Assembly (NCBI GenBank): GCA_051362555.1
Contig: CM120641.1
Coordinates: 47,436,401 to 47,500,400 of the forward strand
Origin: Lingula anatina
Taxonomy: Eukaryota > Animalia > Brachiopoda
DNA length: 64,000 bases
Reading direction: 5' to 3'
Position numbers and translations under genes: made by a program. The notes beneath the pieces are model-generated. The model was not told the DNA's origin. It was given only the letters and a program-made list of their open reading frames with translations, and searched no databases. Positions within the stretch are counted from its first letter, which is position 1. Every line of letters starts with the position of its first letter. Below, piece by piece: positions 52,766 through 64,000 of this stretch.

Positions 52766-53205
52766 AATGTTTGTGTTGAGAGGAGATGGAGGGGAGCTTA
52801 ATCTGCAAAAAACATGTATGAAGCTAATGACTGAGTCAAAAGTCTAATCCCCCCCCCCCCCCACCCCCGTCAACTCTTCCGTTTTGAAACCCCCAATGCA
52901 TACTATGTGGGTATACTAATAGTTTGAACAAGTAGTACTACTAGTAAACCTAGGCCTTATTCATTAAGGCTACTAATTAAGAAGCACGCCGAATCTATCG
53001 CTGCTTATGATCCAGTTTGATGTCATTGCATCCACTAGTAACCCACAAACCGTAACGTGGTGTCAACATGAGGGGGTAAATTCCCACTGTGAGTCATACA
53101 TCTTTATACAATACTTAATTGTCTAATATTAAAATATAATACGTTATGCTTGTTCTGACAACTCCACACGACCAACGCACAAAATCACACGAACTAAATA
53201 CTTAC

Positions 53206-53640
53206 CAAGCTTGAGATAACAGCTGAGGACAGCTTTCTTGTCAGCCACAACAGTGTCTTGTGATATACAAAATTACAACTACACCTCTGCAATGTCAGAA
53301 ACTCCAATTCTGAAGAATCCCTCTTAGTCAGAATGAGAGGAAATATGCAGGGGATTCCCCGCTTCAAAAATTCCGTTGTTCTCGGGTCTCGCACCGCCTA
53401 CAGTGTAAACTTTTACAGCATTTACAACTCGTTATTAAGTTTTTCCGACAACAAGTTAACCTACATCTAACGCTCTGTTATCCGAGGGCTTTAAACCTGC
53501 AAAACAACCCAGATTACAAAGGCCGAAGTTATGTTTTATCAGATATCAATAGCTGGTGAATGGGCTATTTTTAGAAACCAAGGGAAAACCCAATTCCAAG
53601 AACTGAGCTGTCACGTGATCGATCTGGGATTTCCAAGTTT
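53206..53640 (-). promoter_or_regulatory. Candidate promoter and non-coding first exon of the IRF gene
   Basis: Strong donor TG|gtaagt at 53206/53205, pairing with the acceptor ttttcag at 41163 just upstream of the IRF ATG. kappaB-like GGGGATTCCCC 53350-53360, GGGAAAACCC 53582-53591 and GGGATTTCC 53626-53634; GAS TTCCAAGAA 53594-53602; E-box TCACGTGA 53611-53618. Confidence 0.55.
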
Positions 53641-55911
53641 TTTCAAGTTCCAAGTGTCTATCATTCTCGCTACACGAAGTTCGACGAAATTATTTGTTGT
53701 GTGTATTTAATGTGTGAATAAGGTGTGCAAACCTGTGCTGATGATGACTGTGTATTTACAGGTGTTTTTTTACAGGCGTATCGACTGCGTTCGGCCTACC
53801 ACGTTTGCACGGCTTTTCTTTATCCCTGACTGTGGGTCTATTCAAACTTGACGACCGAACATAATCAAACAGTGCAACGTGCAGTCAATTGATCTGTAAG
53901 CCTATCGCTGAGGTCACGTCTAAGGCAACAATGTTCTTGACAAATAGGCCTACCTGTGCACAGTCTAGCTATAGTCTAATGTTATCCCCCTCCCCACCTC
54001 CTTCAGACAAAGCCTAGCGCATAGTAGGCCAATAGTATATGTATTGTTTAGAGCGATAATTCATGCCTTATCATTCCTATTCAAGTTTTCTGATATATAG
54101 TGTATGTACATGTAATTGTTTGTCCATAAGAAACGATGAAGAGTTGAAGACCGTCGTGTATGAATCACCATGAATTATATAGTTAGGCCTACAGTTGACT
54201 GTAAAGTGCAGAAAACGCAAATAGGAATGCAAGCCCGAGCATTTTTGTGTTCCCTGGAGTTTGCCTTAACCGGATCCTGTACTTTGGGTGTTGAACTGTT
54301 TTGGGACAAACTTTAGGCAGTGTTTAAAAATAACTACAATAGTCTAATAGCCAGAAGACTTTTTTCCTCCAGAATAGGCCTATATCCGTCTTACTCTGAA
54401 GTCGATTTTAAGTGCTGTTTTATTTAAAATGTGCATGTATCAGCCAAGTGGGCGGAGTGTGGCTTGATTTTAACATCAAATTGGTTGACCTGTTATCAAG
54501 ACATGGCAGATATTTGCTATCTTTTCTGATAAAACGGTCGCAAACCGAGACTGCAGCTGAATCGGTGGTCCAAAATGGCGATCACCAGCCAACAATACAC
54601 AAGGGATGATGGAGAAGGGGGTGGGGGTGGGGAGGGGGGGGTGCAGTGACCTGACCTGAACCCCCCTCTCTGCGGTTTCTGAAAAATGAATCACACCAAA
54701 AAAAAGCCAGTCCAGTGACCTCTCGGCTCCGCTAATCTCAGTAATTAACAAATAATGCTGATATTGTCAGTCAGATCTGTTTGATTTTTGTCATCTAAGG
54801 CAAACAATACTAATAAATGTACACAAAGATTCGTAAGATCCTGAATGTTTTTTCAATGAGCTGTCCTGCCCAACTCTACACGTTCATGGTGTGGTTGCTA
54901 TGCAGCGGAGCGCGTGTCACCATGGAGTCAGAGTCACGGAAATGCGTTGGGAAACGTATACTTATTGTTTTTGCGATCTTCTGCTGTTAAAATATGAGGG
55001 TCGATAAAGCTGGAACATCTTTTGAATTGTATTTGATGTTACAACTAAAAATGAAATTGATCATACTAAAGCAACTTATGTTTTCTATTCATTCACTGTC
55101 TAAATCAATACAATACGTGTATATTGATTATATATGAACTCATTCCAACAGATTATCAATGGCCTTTGTGACCTCTCTGTCTGCATCTACACATTCCTTG
55201 GCACAGCCCAATCCCAAGGTCCGATATACAAGCTACATCTGTGATGACAAAGTCTGCCAATACCCAAAGACTGGACATAAATTCAATATAAAAAGAATTA
55301 AGAATCATTCTCCCCCAGGGGCAGCCCAAATCATAGGTGCCCATGCACATCCCTAAATATAATTTTATTTGACACCAAAATTGCCTCTCTCGATTGGTAA
55401 AGGAGGATAAAGCAAAAAATTACAAATGAAAATGAAATTAAAGGAATTCAGAATGATCAACCACCCCTAGGGTCACCCCCTCCCGGATTCCAAAGTCCCA
55501 TTGTCCATCCTTGGTGATAGGTCTCTCAATGCCCGAAGTGTGAACTTCCTCATTCTTATGGTCTAGGATGAAATATCAGAAATTACAATATGAAAATATT
55601 GTAATCAACCACCCCCAAGGGACAGCCCGAACGCCAGGTGCACGGAAATCCTAAGTGGCTAAGGACAGCGCTAATTATAATTCTAATTAAATACCAATTT
55701 TATTGGCTGATAAACAGTTTCATCATCAGTGATTATTGGCGACAAGTTGTTACTTCCATTTTCACATGACTATTAGCAGATATGAAACAAACCCAAAAGT
55801 CGAAAGCCTATTTAAAAAGCAAGTTAAACAGCTGTATTTCTCCGTCATTTTGTCTAACACTAGTTTACTTCATTCTGCTCCTCCATACACTTATTTCTTA
55901 TGGGTTAAAAT

Positions 55912-56080
55912 TCCCCTCTTGAAATTAGAATATTGACATACTGCATCATAGTTCTAAACCGTACCAAAGGAACCGTTTGCCTTCCAACCCCCCCCCCCCC
56001 CCCCCTTGGGGCAAACGGTGCCATTTGGTGCGGTTTACAACTATGATTCAACTTGTCAAAATTCTAATTTGAAGAGGGGA
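55912..56080. mobile_element. Small foldback/MITE-like inverted repeat with poly-C spacer
   Basis: tcccctcttgaaattagaat...atcatagttctaaaccgtaccaaaggaaccgtttgcc is inverted as ggcaaacggtgccatttggtgcggtttacaactatgat...attctaatttgaagagggga. Confidence 0.7.
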
Positions 56081-56564
56081 CCTTTGGTGTAATTTTATTT
56101 TTTCAAAAATCGAAGGGGAGAGGGTAAGCACCCCCCTGACATCCCCTTAAATCCGCCACTGACAACTATCAATATTGTTTGCGTTGGTCTCAATTTGTGT
56201 AGGCAAGGAAGTAAATAAAGGTCTTCTTCCTTGGTGTGAGGACTGTAAGGAAGTGTTGAACACGTGCAAACAAACAACGCACAACCGTGGTCATCTCGTC
56301 AATGGGCCATCTTATCAATAGGCCATGTTGTCAACAGAGGTCGCTCATTCCAAACATTCATTCAAAGAGCTTTTGTGTCAGTAAACAGAAAGATATTTAT
56401 ACAGACTATGCATAAAGGTGTTAATTATAAAATATAAATTTTATGAGACAAGCATATTTGTACCTCTCTGTCCAGTTATCATAGGTAAAATCAAGTTCCT
56501 GTGTCAAACCAAATTATCAAATATTTTATCGCTGTTCACTGGTTGTTTGGAGTAGCTTAGATTT

Positions 56565-56602
56565 ACACACACACACACACACACACACAGACACACACAC
56601 AC
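56565..56602 (+). repeat. (AC)n microsatellite
   Basis: Read directly. Confidence 0.95.
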
Positions 56603-59600
56603 TTTAGAGGAAAATCGTTGTCCTATATACTTAAATGCATCGAAACATGAATTTCGTTTTTGGGGCAATGTTGTATATCCATTTAATTTATGCAACCTCA
56701 CGGAGTCACCTCCTCATTTGTCAGTTTTTTTTTTTAAGTCAGAGTCTAAAATATCAACCTTGGGCGTGAGCATTGGGAAGTTATATATAGTAAGAATAAT
56801 AAAAACTACCTATCCGTGAGTGCGTGGTGTAGGTATTCCTTTGATAACAAATGGTTCGTGTTACACAATGAGTCATATTTTGGAGGACCTGGCGAATTCA
56901 TGATCTGTGAGTGATCTGTGAGACTGTGAGATCAAAGAAAATTGTATTATAACCCTTGTAGAATCCTTTGATTGGTCTGTTTTAATACTGCCGTGGTCTA
57001 ATTCCTCTATTTCCTCTAACTGGGCCGTTTTAGTAGTACACTTGGGACTGTGCTGTATTTTTAAAATTGAAAATAGTTATATATTTAAAACAAATCTGCA
57101 TAAATAATGAAAAAAATATTTTTTCTACTTAGGACAATGTCCTTCTTCGCGAAGCACGCGGTTTTAATATATAGAAAAGAAAACCATGCTTTGCCTCTTG
57201 GTTTTTTCCTGGGAGACGGATTGCAGCTCCCCACCTACAATGGGAAATTTTGCGTAAGAACTTCCTGAAATTGATTGAACTTTGAAAATAAGAGAGTGGA
57301 GGCGTACCTTTTGATCTTGGATTTTATTAGGCGTAATACTTTTTTTGGATTTCAAAATGATAATACTCTTTGTGTAAATATCTTTAGTATATTAATGACT
57401 TCGGTTTTACCCGTTCTTGTGAGCTAGAGCTGCTTTTACACCAATAATGTTTCTGATAAAGCCGTTGAATACTAATGACATGAAACAGAGATGTTTGATA
57501 TCATACGTACGCGTACCAAGCTGTACATTGTACCTGAGTAATTTTTGTGTCTAAACATCCAGCAAAGGTACGTATCTGTCCCAGTTCATACATTTCCGCC
57601 TATTTTATTGTCCAAAAAGCAGGAAAGGTAGAATTTTGGGCCCCAAAATAGGAGAAAAGTAGGAGGAAATTAACGAATAAGGCAGCAAAGCTTTCAAATG
57701 TACACACGAAAAGCAGAATATAATGTTGCACAAAATACGTCATTTTTTAAAAAATTTCATGCAATAATGCATTATGCTTTACAGCAAAGTCCACACCATA
57801 TACTTTAACTATGCACCACAGGTAACATGGATATGTAAGGAATATGTAACTAGCACCAGGCTGCAGGTCCATATGAGAGTTCAAATTCACACACTGAAAG
57901 TACCAGAATGACAAAAATGAAATCTTATCAAAAAATGCATTTATTCAAGTAATATAATCCTTTCAAGCTAGTTTTACTATTTGAGCTATATGTCAACCTT
58001 GAAAACCATTCGTCTAAGTTACAAAAAAATAAATAACACAATTTTCCTTTTAAAGCGGTTTGATAGCAGTGCACAAAATGATGCAATATTACATAATGAT
58101 TAAAATAATCCGCACTAATTATCTACTAAATGTAGCATGAACATTCAGAAAATGTAACTACCATATGGTAGTTATAAGTCCCACAATTAAAATGCCAATA
58201 TGTGAAAAATGAATATTTTAAATATTTGTTAAAAACAAAAACTGCATTACTTCCGGAAAAAGAAGCCAATCAGCCTTAAATGGTCATTATGGTGGCAGTA
58301 CCCAAAATAGGATTTTCTTAAATTTTGATATTGTAATATTACATAATGCTTAATAGCATAGTCACCGCCAAGTTTAGACAATATAATATACATTTATAAT
58401 AATTATAATAAAATATGTAACAAACAAAGGTCGTCAAGCTCATGGAAGTTCAAAGCCACACCTTGAAAATGACAATATGTGAAAAATGAACATTATCTGT
58501 TCAGGTTGGTTTTCGAACTAGACCTGTCTATTATTATATATTCATCAATTCTGTAATTCTGAAGACATAAGGTGAAACTAATTGTGTTATCCCTGAAAGT
58601 AAACCGCTACGACAGCGACGGCAACGACAGAGGCACATGTCACATAGCCTATGTGACGGCTACATGTACATATACATCTGTGTCTGTTCATAAAAAGTAG
58701 GAGATAAGCCAGGCTTTATATTTAATGTTTCACGCAATTTTTGTATGGTATTTTAATTGCCTGGGGGGGGGGGGGCGTTCTGAAATATTACTGAGTTTGA
58801 TACATATCTTGTTTCTTGAGGGTTTCCTTGCTATATTTTAAAGTATGGTAGCCTTTGTCAGGTACAACAACTCAATATAATATTAACTTAATCTCGGTCA
58901 AGCCAAATGTCTAAATCTTGCCAGTGGCGGTACATAAAATGAATCACTGTAGTGACACAGAAAATTCACCAAAATCAAAAAATTAAAGCAAGGCCACAGT
59001 TTGCACTGTGTTGCCTAAGTTTTATACTGTGTAATGAAAATTAGTTTGGCACTTTCACTAGTTGACAGTTCCGGCAGCGATAGTTCAAGTCATATGTTAT
59101 AGGAGCAAGTGTGGCCAACACAAACAAAAGCTTATCATAAATTTCCAGCCCAGGGAAATATTAGATTGCACTCTCATTGTGTTGGAACTTCTCAATGGAC
59201 ATTGGAGGCTCTTAAAGTGTCTAAGTTCCCAGCAGTGGCGGATCCAGGATTATTTGAAAAGGGGGTCCGCGGATGCGAAATTTGCAAATGAATTCATTAA
59301 AAAGTATAAAAAGTAGGAGGCTTTCATATTAAAGTACTAGTAGAATGGTCTTATCCATTAAGTGGGGAAAGTGGGAGGTTAGGGAACCGTGAGTTCCTTA
59401 TGTCAATATATTGCTTTCTGAAATGTCTGGGAGACATAACAGTTGAAAGAATAGCAATTCGTACAGAATTAAGTTCTTTAATTAGAAATGGTAGAAAACA
59501 TCGAATCCCAATGCAAAGACGGGTCAAACAATAATTCTTGAGAAGGAGAATTTTTTTTCAGGAGGAAATTTAGTTTTTTCGCGAATATCCCTGATTAAAA

Positions 59601-60259
59601 ATTCATTCCCAAATCATCAAAATTTACTAAAAATGTATCATTTAGTGTGTAGACGTGTTAGGCCTTTCACCACTCAGGTTTCAGAGATTGACAACGTACC
59701 TGACTATGACGTACAAGAGGCACCTAAAGTTCTGTTCACAACCAAGTTGTTCCACGGACTAACTGACAGTTTGGTTGTGGGCAGAGCTTAAACAGAACAC
59801 CCAGCGCTCGACACGGCCAGGAAACCGGAATTATTTTAATCGGTACATTGGGGCTTGTGTAGCAGGTTTAAACCCTCCTCCACTCCTCTATCAAACTGGA
59901 ATGGTACATGTAGCTGTACCGCTTAATGTGAAAACGGCCTTGATGAGGATGTGGATTGCATAATATTGTGTTAGGTGTGACAGACTGGTACACCTCCACC
60001 AAAACTGGTTTTTGAAAGCGGGCAACTCGTTCTCTTTGCCCGGAGCCCTTCTATCTGTTACAAAATAGGCAACTGACATCACACGAGGTTCGTGTTTCAT
60101 ATGATGATGAAATTTAGAACTGTTTCTACGCAATATAGCTGAAAGCATACTTTTCATCAATACGAGTAACACTACTATACAGATCAACTTTCAGAAATCT
60201 GTTTGTCAAAGTAATATGAACAACACTGGTTGAAAGTGCAACATGGCTGTAGATATTTA

Positions 60260-60387
60260 CACCACGGGTTTCAGAGATAACTTTGAACAAACCTCTACAC
60301 TACAGCATGTCCTTGTCGTTACAAGTAACTTGAAATTCGGTGTTTGCTGTAGAGGTTTGTTCCAAGTTATCCCAGAAGCTCAGGGTG
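60260..60387. repeat. ~40-bp imperfect inverted repeat (MITE-like)
   Basis: caccacgggtttcagagataactttgaacaaacctctaca ... tgtagaggtttgttccaagttatcccagaagctcagggtg. Confidence 0.7.
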
Positions 60388-61725
60388 ATGTTGTCCCAAA
60401 TTCCACGTAAATCCGTCAACCACAGATCAGTTTCTCAAGGCAACTTGTATGCTGCCAGTGCGTAGTGTTTTTTTTTTTCACAATTTTACAGTGGTTCGTT
60501 AATTATTATTGCAACACTTTGGAATATTGTAAGCAAGTAATGTGATCTTAAACTGAATATTAAACACCCGACCGTGCGTATCTTTGTCGTTTCTTTTTGA
60601 GTATAGATTTAACTCTCAGTTTAGGATTACTAATTCAGTAGACACTGATGTCAGTAAGAACCAACAAACACTGCAATTCTGCCAAAATACTTTATTTTTC
60701 TTCATTCTGAATTTGCAGAATTAATTGTATTAATTAGTGTGTCAAGAGAAAATCTCGTACATTAAAACTGACTTTTACTTTATAAGAGCAGCTGTTAACA
60801 ATAAAATGGCAGTCATGAAATTGTGTGCACTACAAGGCAGTATGGCAATATTGTTAAACTGTAGACATTTCAAATACATTTTACAAAACTTGGCAAAATT
60901 GACCAATGCTGTATAATAAAACTTTCGACACATCACAATATGCAGTTAAAAAGTATGAATTAAGACAATTTATATAAATCATATAGAAGTAAACAAATGC
61001 ATAAATGTTATCTGTCAATGTAAGTCAATGTTTATGTCATGTTTAATACAACTGTGCAATCTTTGTAATACAACGTATGCTACTAACAATCATGTGCATT
61101 CACAGTACAAATGCAAGATCACCACATCATAAATTGTAATTCCTTCTTATCTCTCTGTGCCTGATATAGAATAAATCTCATTGTTAAAAACTCTTGTCAC
61201 AGAAACACAAGATGTTGCATTTTCCGTTTTGATATATCTTATCACACCACAACATCTAATATCGCCAGTTCCTCCAGACTGCACGGTACATTACAGCCTT
61301 TACTTTATGTGACTGGGAGAGGGATGGATAATCCACTCAAAATGATCATTGCATCATTTGATAAAATCAAAAATCTTTCAAACTGTTAAAGTTAGTTTCA
61401 GTACGTGGCTACATAGTCATCATATACAAGTCATAACTGGGATTAGTTAATTTAAAATAAAATTATATTTTTCTGATGTGTTAATAAATGACACAAGCAA
61501 AGCTCAATTTTTTAATCGCTGTTTCATGACATAAATCTTACCAAGCATTTGATTTGCAGTTAATTGATCACCTTTAAGGAGGAAGTTGATAGCAAAGATC
61601 AACTAACAGAAACCACAGCAAACAATTAAACAGGTAGAGAAAGTAAGCACTGGAGCACTTCCCACTAAAAAAAGCATATGGGGATCATACGTGAAGGTGT
61701 GAGCTCAGCTGGGCCCAGTAGGTCT

Positions 61726-62712
61726 CTAATAACCCTGCAGCCAGAAACCAAGGTCAGAGGACAACTGGGGGATGGGACCCATCCCCTCCCCCTCTTCCTC
61801 CCCCAACCCCTGTGTATCTAAACAGACAGGATGGACAGGCTTAGAAAGCCACTTCTCTTGGGCATCCATATCCGGTGGATTAAATGTGAAGGGGTTTTCA
61901 TCTTCAACGCCCACTATAACGTAATCATTATTTGATTTCTGAAGCCAGTCTTCCTCAGGCAGACTTGTTTGATACTGTTTGAAGTATTCCAGCTCAGATA
62001 TAGCGGGTTCATCACACACGCCCCCAGGCAAATTAACCCATTTTTCATCGGGAATACTTGATTGGAATTTGAACCAAAATTCAAACTCTGGTGAAAAATT
62101 ATCTTCCTCAACCACAGCTCTTTTTTTAAACCATTTATCAAGCTCTGCACCTGCTGGAGTTGGGATAAAATCTGGACTTGTTAAATCATCACTGCTGTTT
62201 GACTTATCATAAGGGGCCTGCAGGTGTTTCAACCAATCTTTGGGATCTTCAGAGATGTTTTTGAAGTAAGATAAAAACACAGGGCATTCTACCTCCCCCA
62301 GTGCCCCTACCTGACCTCCCTTAAGCCAATATGCTGGGTCACAAGGCATCCACCCAAAGAAGCTATCACCCAAACTAGAAGCAATGTGCTGTGTATTGGG
62401 GCTGTACAACCACGCTTTCAGACTATCTGGCAAATTCGGTTCAACACTCTCTAAGCAATTTTCATCACAAACACACTCTGGAAATGTAGCACACTTTCTA
62501 TCTGCTTTGCAAACATCTTTAACCAAAGGCAAAGCATAGCTGGTTTCCTCATCCTCTGTGTTCTCCCCTGTCTTGGTGCAGGGTCTATACAGCCATCTTG
62601 CCATGTCTGCTGCCCCATCTAGTTGTGGTAGCAGGAGGTGAGCCACATCTTCTATGTCCACCACACAGCTGTCCTTGCAGCACCTGGACCACTCCTTGGC
62701 AGCCTCCATCTC
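61726..62712 (-). CDS. NCOA4: Nuclear receptor coactivator 4 (ferritinophagy receptor)-like, last coding exon; upstream exons lie beyond the window
   Basis: Acceptor gttttacag|GAG at 62712, then 328 codons and a stop. DVCKADRKCATFPECVCDENC matches the NCOA4 Cys motif (vertebrate VCxANEPCxSFxECVCDENC). Also CVVDIEDV and repeated xWL motifs. Confidence 0.82.
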   Translation of the reverse strand, partial: EMEAAKEWSRCCKDSCVVDIEDVAHLLLPQLDGAADMARWLYRPCTKTGENTEDEETSYALPLVKDVCKADRKCATFPECVCDENCLESVEPNLPDSLKAWLYSPNTQHIASSLGDSFFGWMPCDPAYWLKGGQVGALGEVECPVFLSYFKNISEDPKDWLKHLQAPYDKSNSSDDLTSPDFIPTPAGAELDKWFKKRAVVEEDNFSPEFEFWFKFQSSIPDEKWVNLPGGVCDEPAISELEYFKQYQTSLPEEDWLQKSNNDYVIVGVEDENPFTFNPPDMDAQEKWLSKPVHPVCLDTQGLGEEEGEGMGPIPQLSSDLGFWLQGY

Positions 62713-64000
62713 CTGTAAAACAGACACCAAATATCCTGTACATACAGACAAGACTGGATTACTCTTACTATTCATAACACTGGTTTAATAGTATAGGTTT
62801 TAATAGGGTTATTTTACAGGTCTGTAGCTAAGGGAGGTTCGCTTTTTGTTGTAAAAAGATACATTTTGGGTAAAATTTGATCTAGGTACAGAAATATTTC
62901 AAGGTAAAAGGTCCACTGACAATTTGGACTGTACACATTTAAAAATAGGGATGCAATTTCATCTTCAGGGCGCCAAGTTATGAAGGGCCTTCAGAAAATA
63001 GGAAATTTTTTTCAAAAATAGGAAAAAAAAAAAAAGGAATTTTGTCAAAAAAGTACAAGAAAAATAGGAATTATTCTTAAAGAATGATGGCTTCCCAACA
63101 CCTCTAAAGCCATACCAGTCTAATACACATCTTTAATTGTAGTAAATAACACTATTAAGTGTAACAACAATAATTTATCTAACAAATTTACAAACAACAT
63201 AAAATACTAAAGGCTCTGTCACACCTAGTGTAAATAGGTACATGTATGTATAAGTATTGTATGTGATCAATTATATGCAAAACATTGAGGCTATTAAAAG
63301 GATTTAAACAGCATATGGAATTGTTTTTCAACATCCCCAAAATATTTATCCCCTTCTGATTACATGAGCATAACCAATGTTTGTCAGCGTATAAATCATT
63401 TTTCTTACATACAGGTGCTAAACACTGTGACGCTGTTTTAAGTCAGTTCTGTCCAATAACTTTAAAATTTACTTCATATATTGTGCTTATGTAGTCCAAA
63501 CAGTGTCAAATAAATCTTTTCTGTAATTTTGAGATTCATAAATAACATAGTTTTCCATTAATGGTCATTATGGCATCAGTGCCCAAAATGCAATATAACA
63601 TAGTGCTTACCACCATAATCACGGCCAATTTTTAATTATGCACTGCAGGTAACACAGATAAATGGAAAATGTGATAAGCAAATGTGTTGAGGCTCACGCA
63701 TATGTAAAATTGCTAATATGTGAAAAGTGAACATTTCGAAAAAAAAAAAAAAATGCATGACTATAAGGAAAATAGTCTGATCAGGCTTTTTTCTCAAACT
63801 TGACCTGACATAGTAATATTGATCACTCCTGGAAGTTTGAAGACAATAGGTCAACCATTTTTTACACTTTATCAAATTATGTGTTCTCTGTATTGCATAT
63901 GCATGTGAAAAAAAAAGTATAATATTTGTAAAAATGGTCCAATTGAGCCTATTTTCTTGACTTGTGTTTCAGTAAGGTTGGTCACTCCTGTGAGTTTCAA

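Noticed and set aside
60660-61725. Iron-responsive element in the NCOA4 3' UTR
   Set aside because: The two CAGUG loops examined (~61650 and ~60670) lack the bulged C and the 5-bp upper stem.
62713-62775. ATG at 62775 as NCOA4 start
   Set aside because: It lies in intron sequence upstream of a clear acceptor at 62712; the NCOA4 N-terminal domain is missing from the window.

Overview
AT-rich, intron-containing animal genomic DNA, probably from a lophotrochozoan or mollusc-like invertebrate (the taxon is inferred). Gene models were built by hand from GT-AG splice sites and reading-frame continuity. (1) A NET-family zinc-finger gene (ZNF503/ZNF703/Elbow/NocA-like, minus strand, 2 exons, 503 aa) lies in a large non-coding region rich in TCF/LEF and TALE motifs. 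(2) A canonical 6-exon DHFR (minus) is followed downstream by a second, complete but strongly diverged 6-exon DHFR-fold unit that the ORF track misses. This second unit has no start codon of its own and can be joined in frame through a donor inside the last DHFR exon, which predicts a 185-aa single-domain and a 377-aa tandem two-domain DHFR from one locus. This is the main finding. (3) DDX21 (plus, 14 exons) is head-to-head with DHFR. (4) An IRF1/2-like gene (minus, 8 coding exons, 506 aa) has a candidate distal promoter with kappaB and GAS sites. (5) The last exon of NCOA4 (minus) carries repeated W-L motifs. Accessory DNA includes nested TIR elements, a decayed Tc1, a BEN-domain remnant beside a truncated Tc1-like transposase, a 1.76-kb tandem duplication, hairpins and microsatellites. 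No transcript or database evidence was available.
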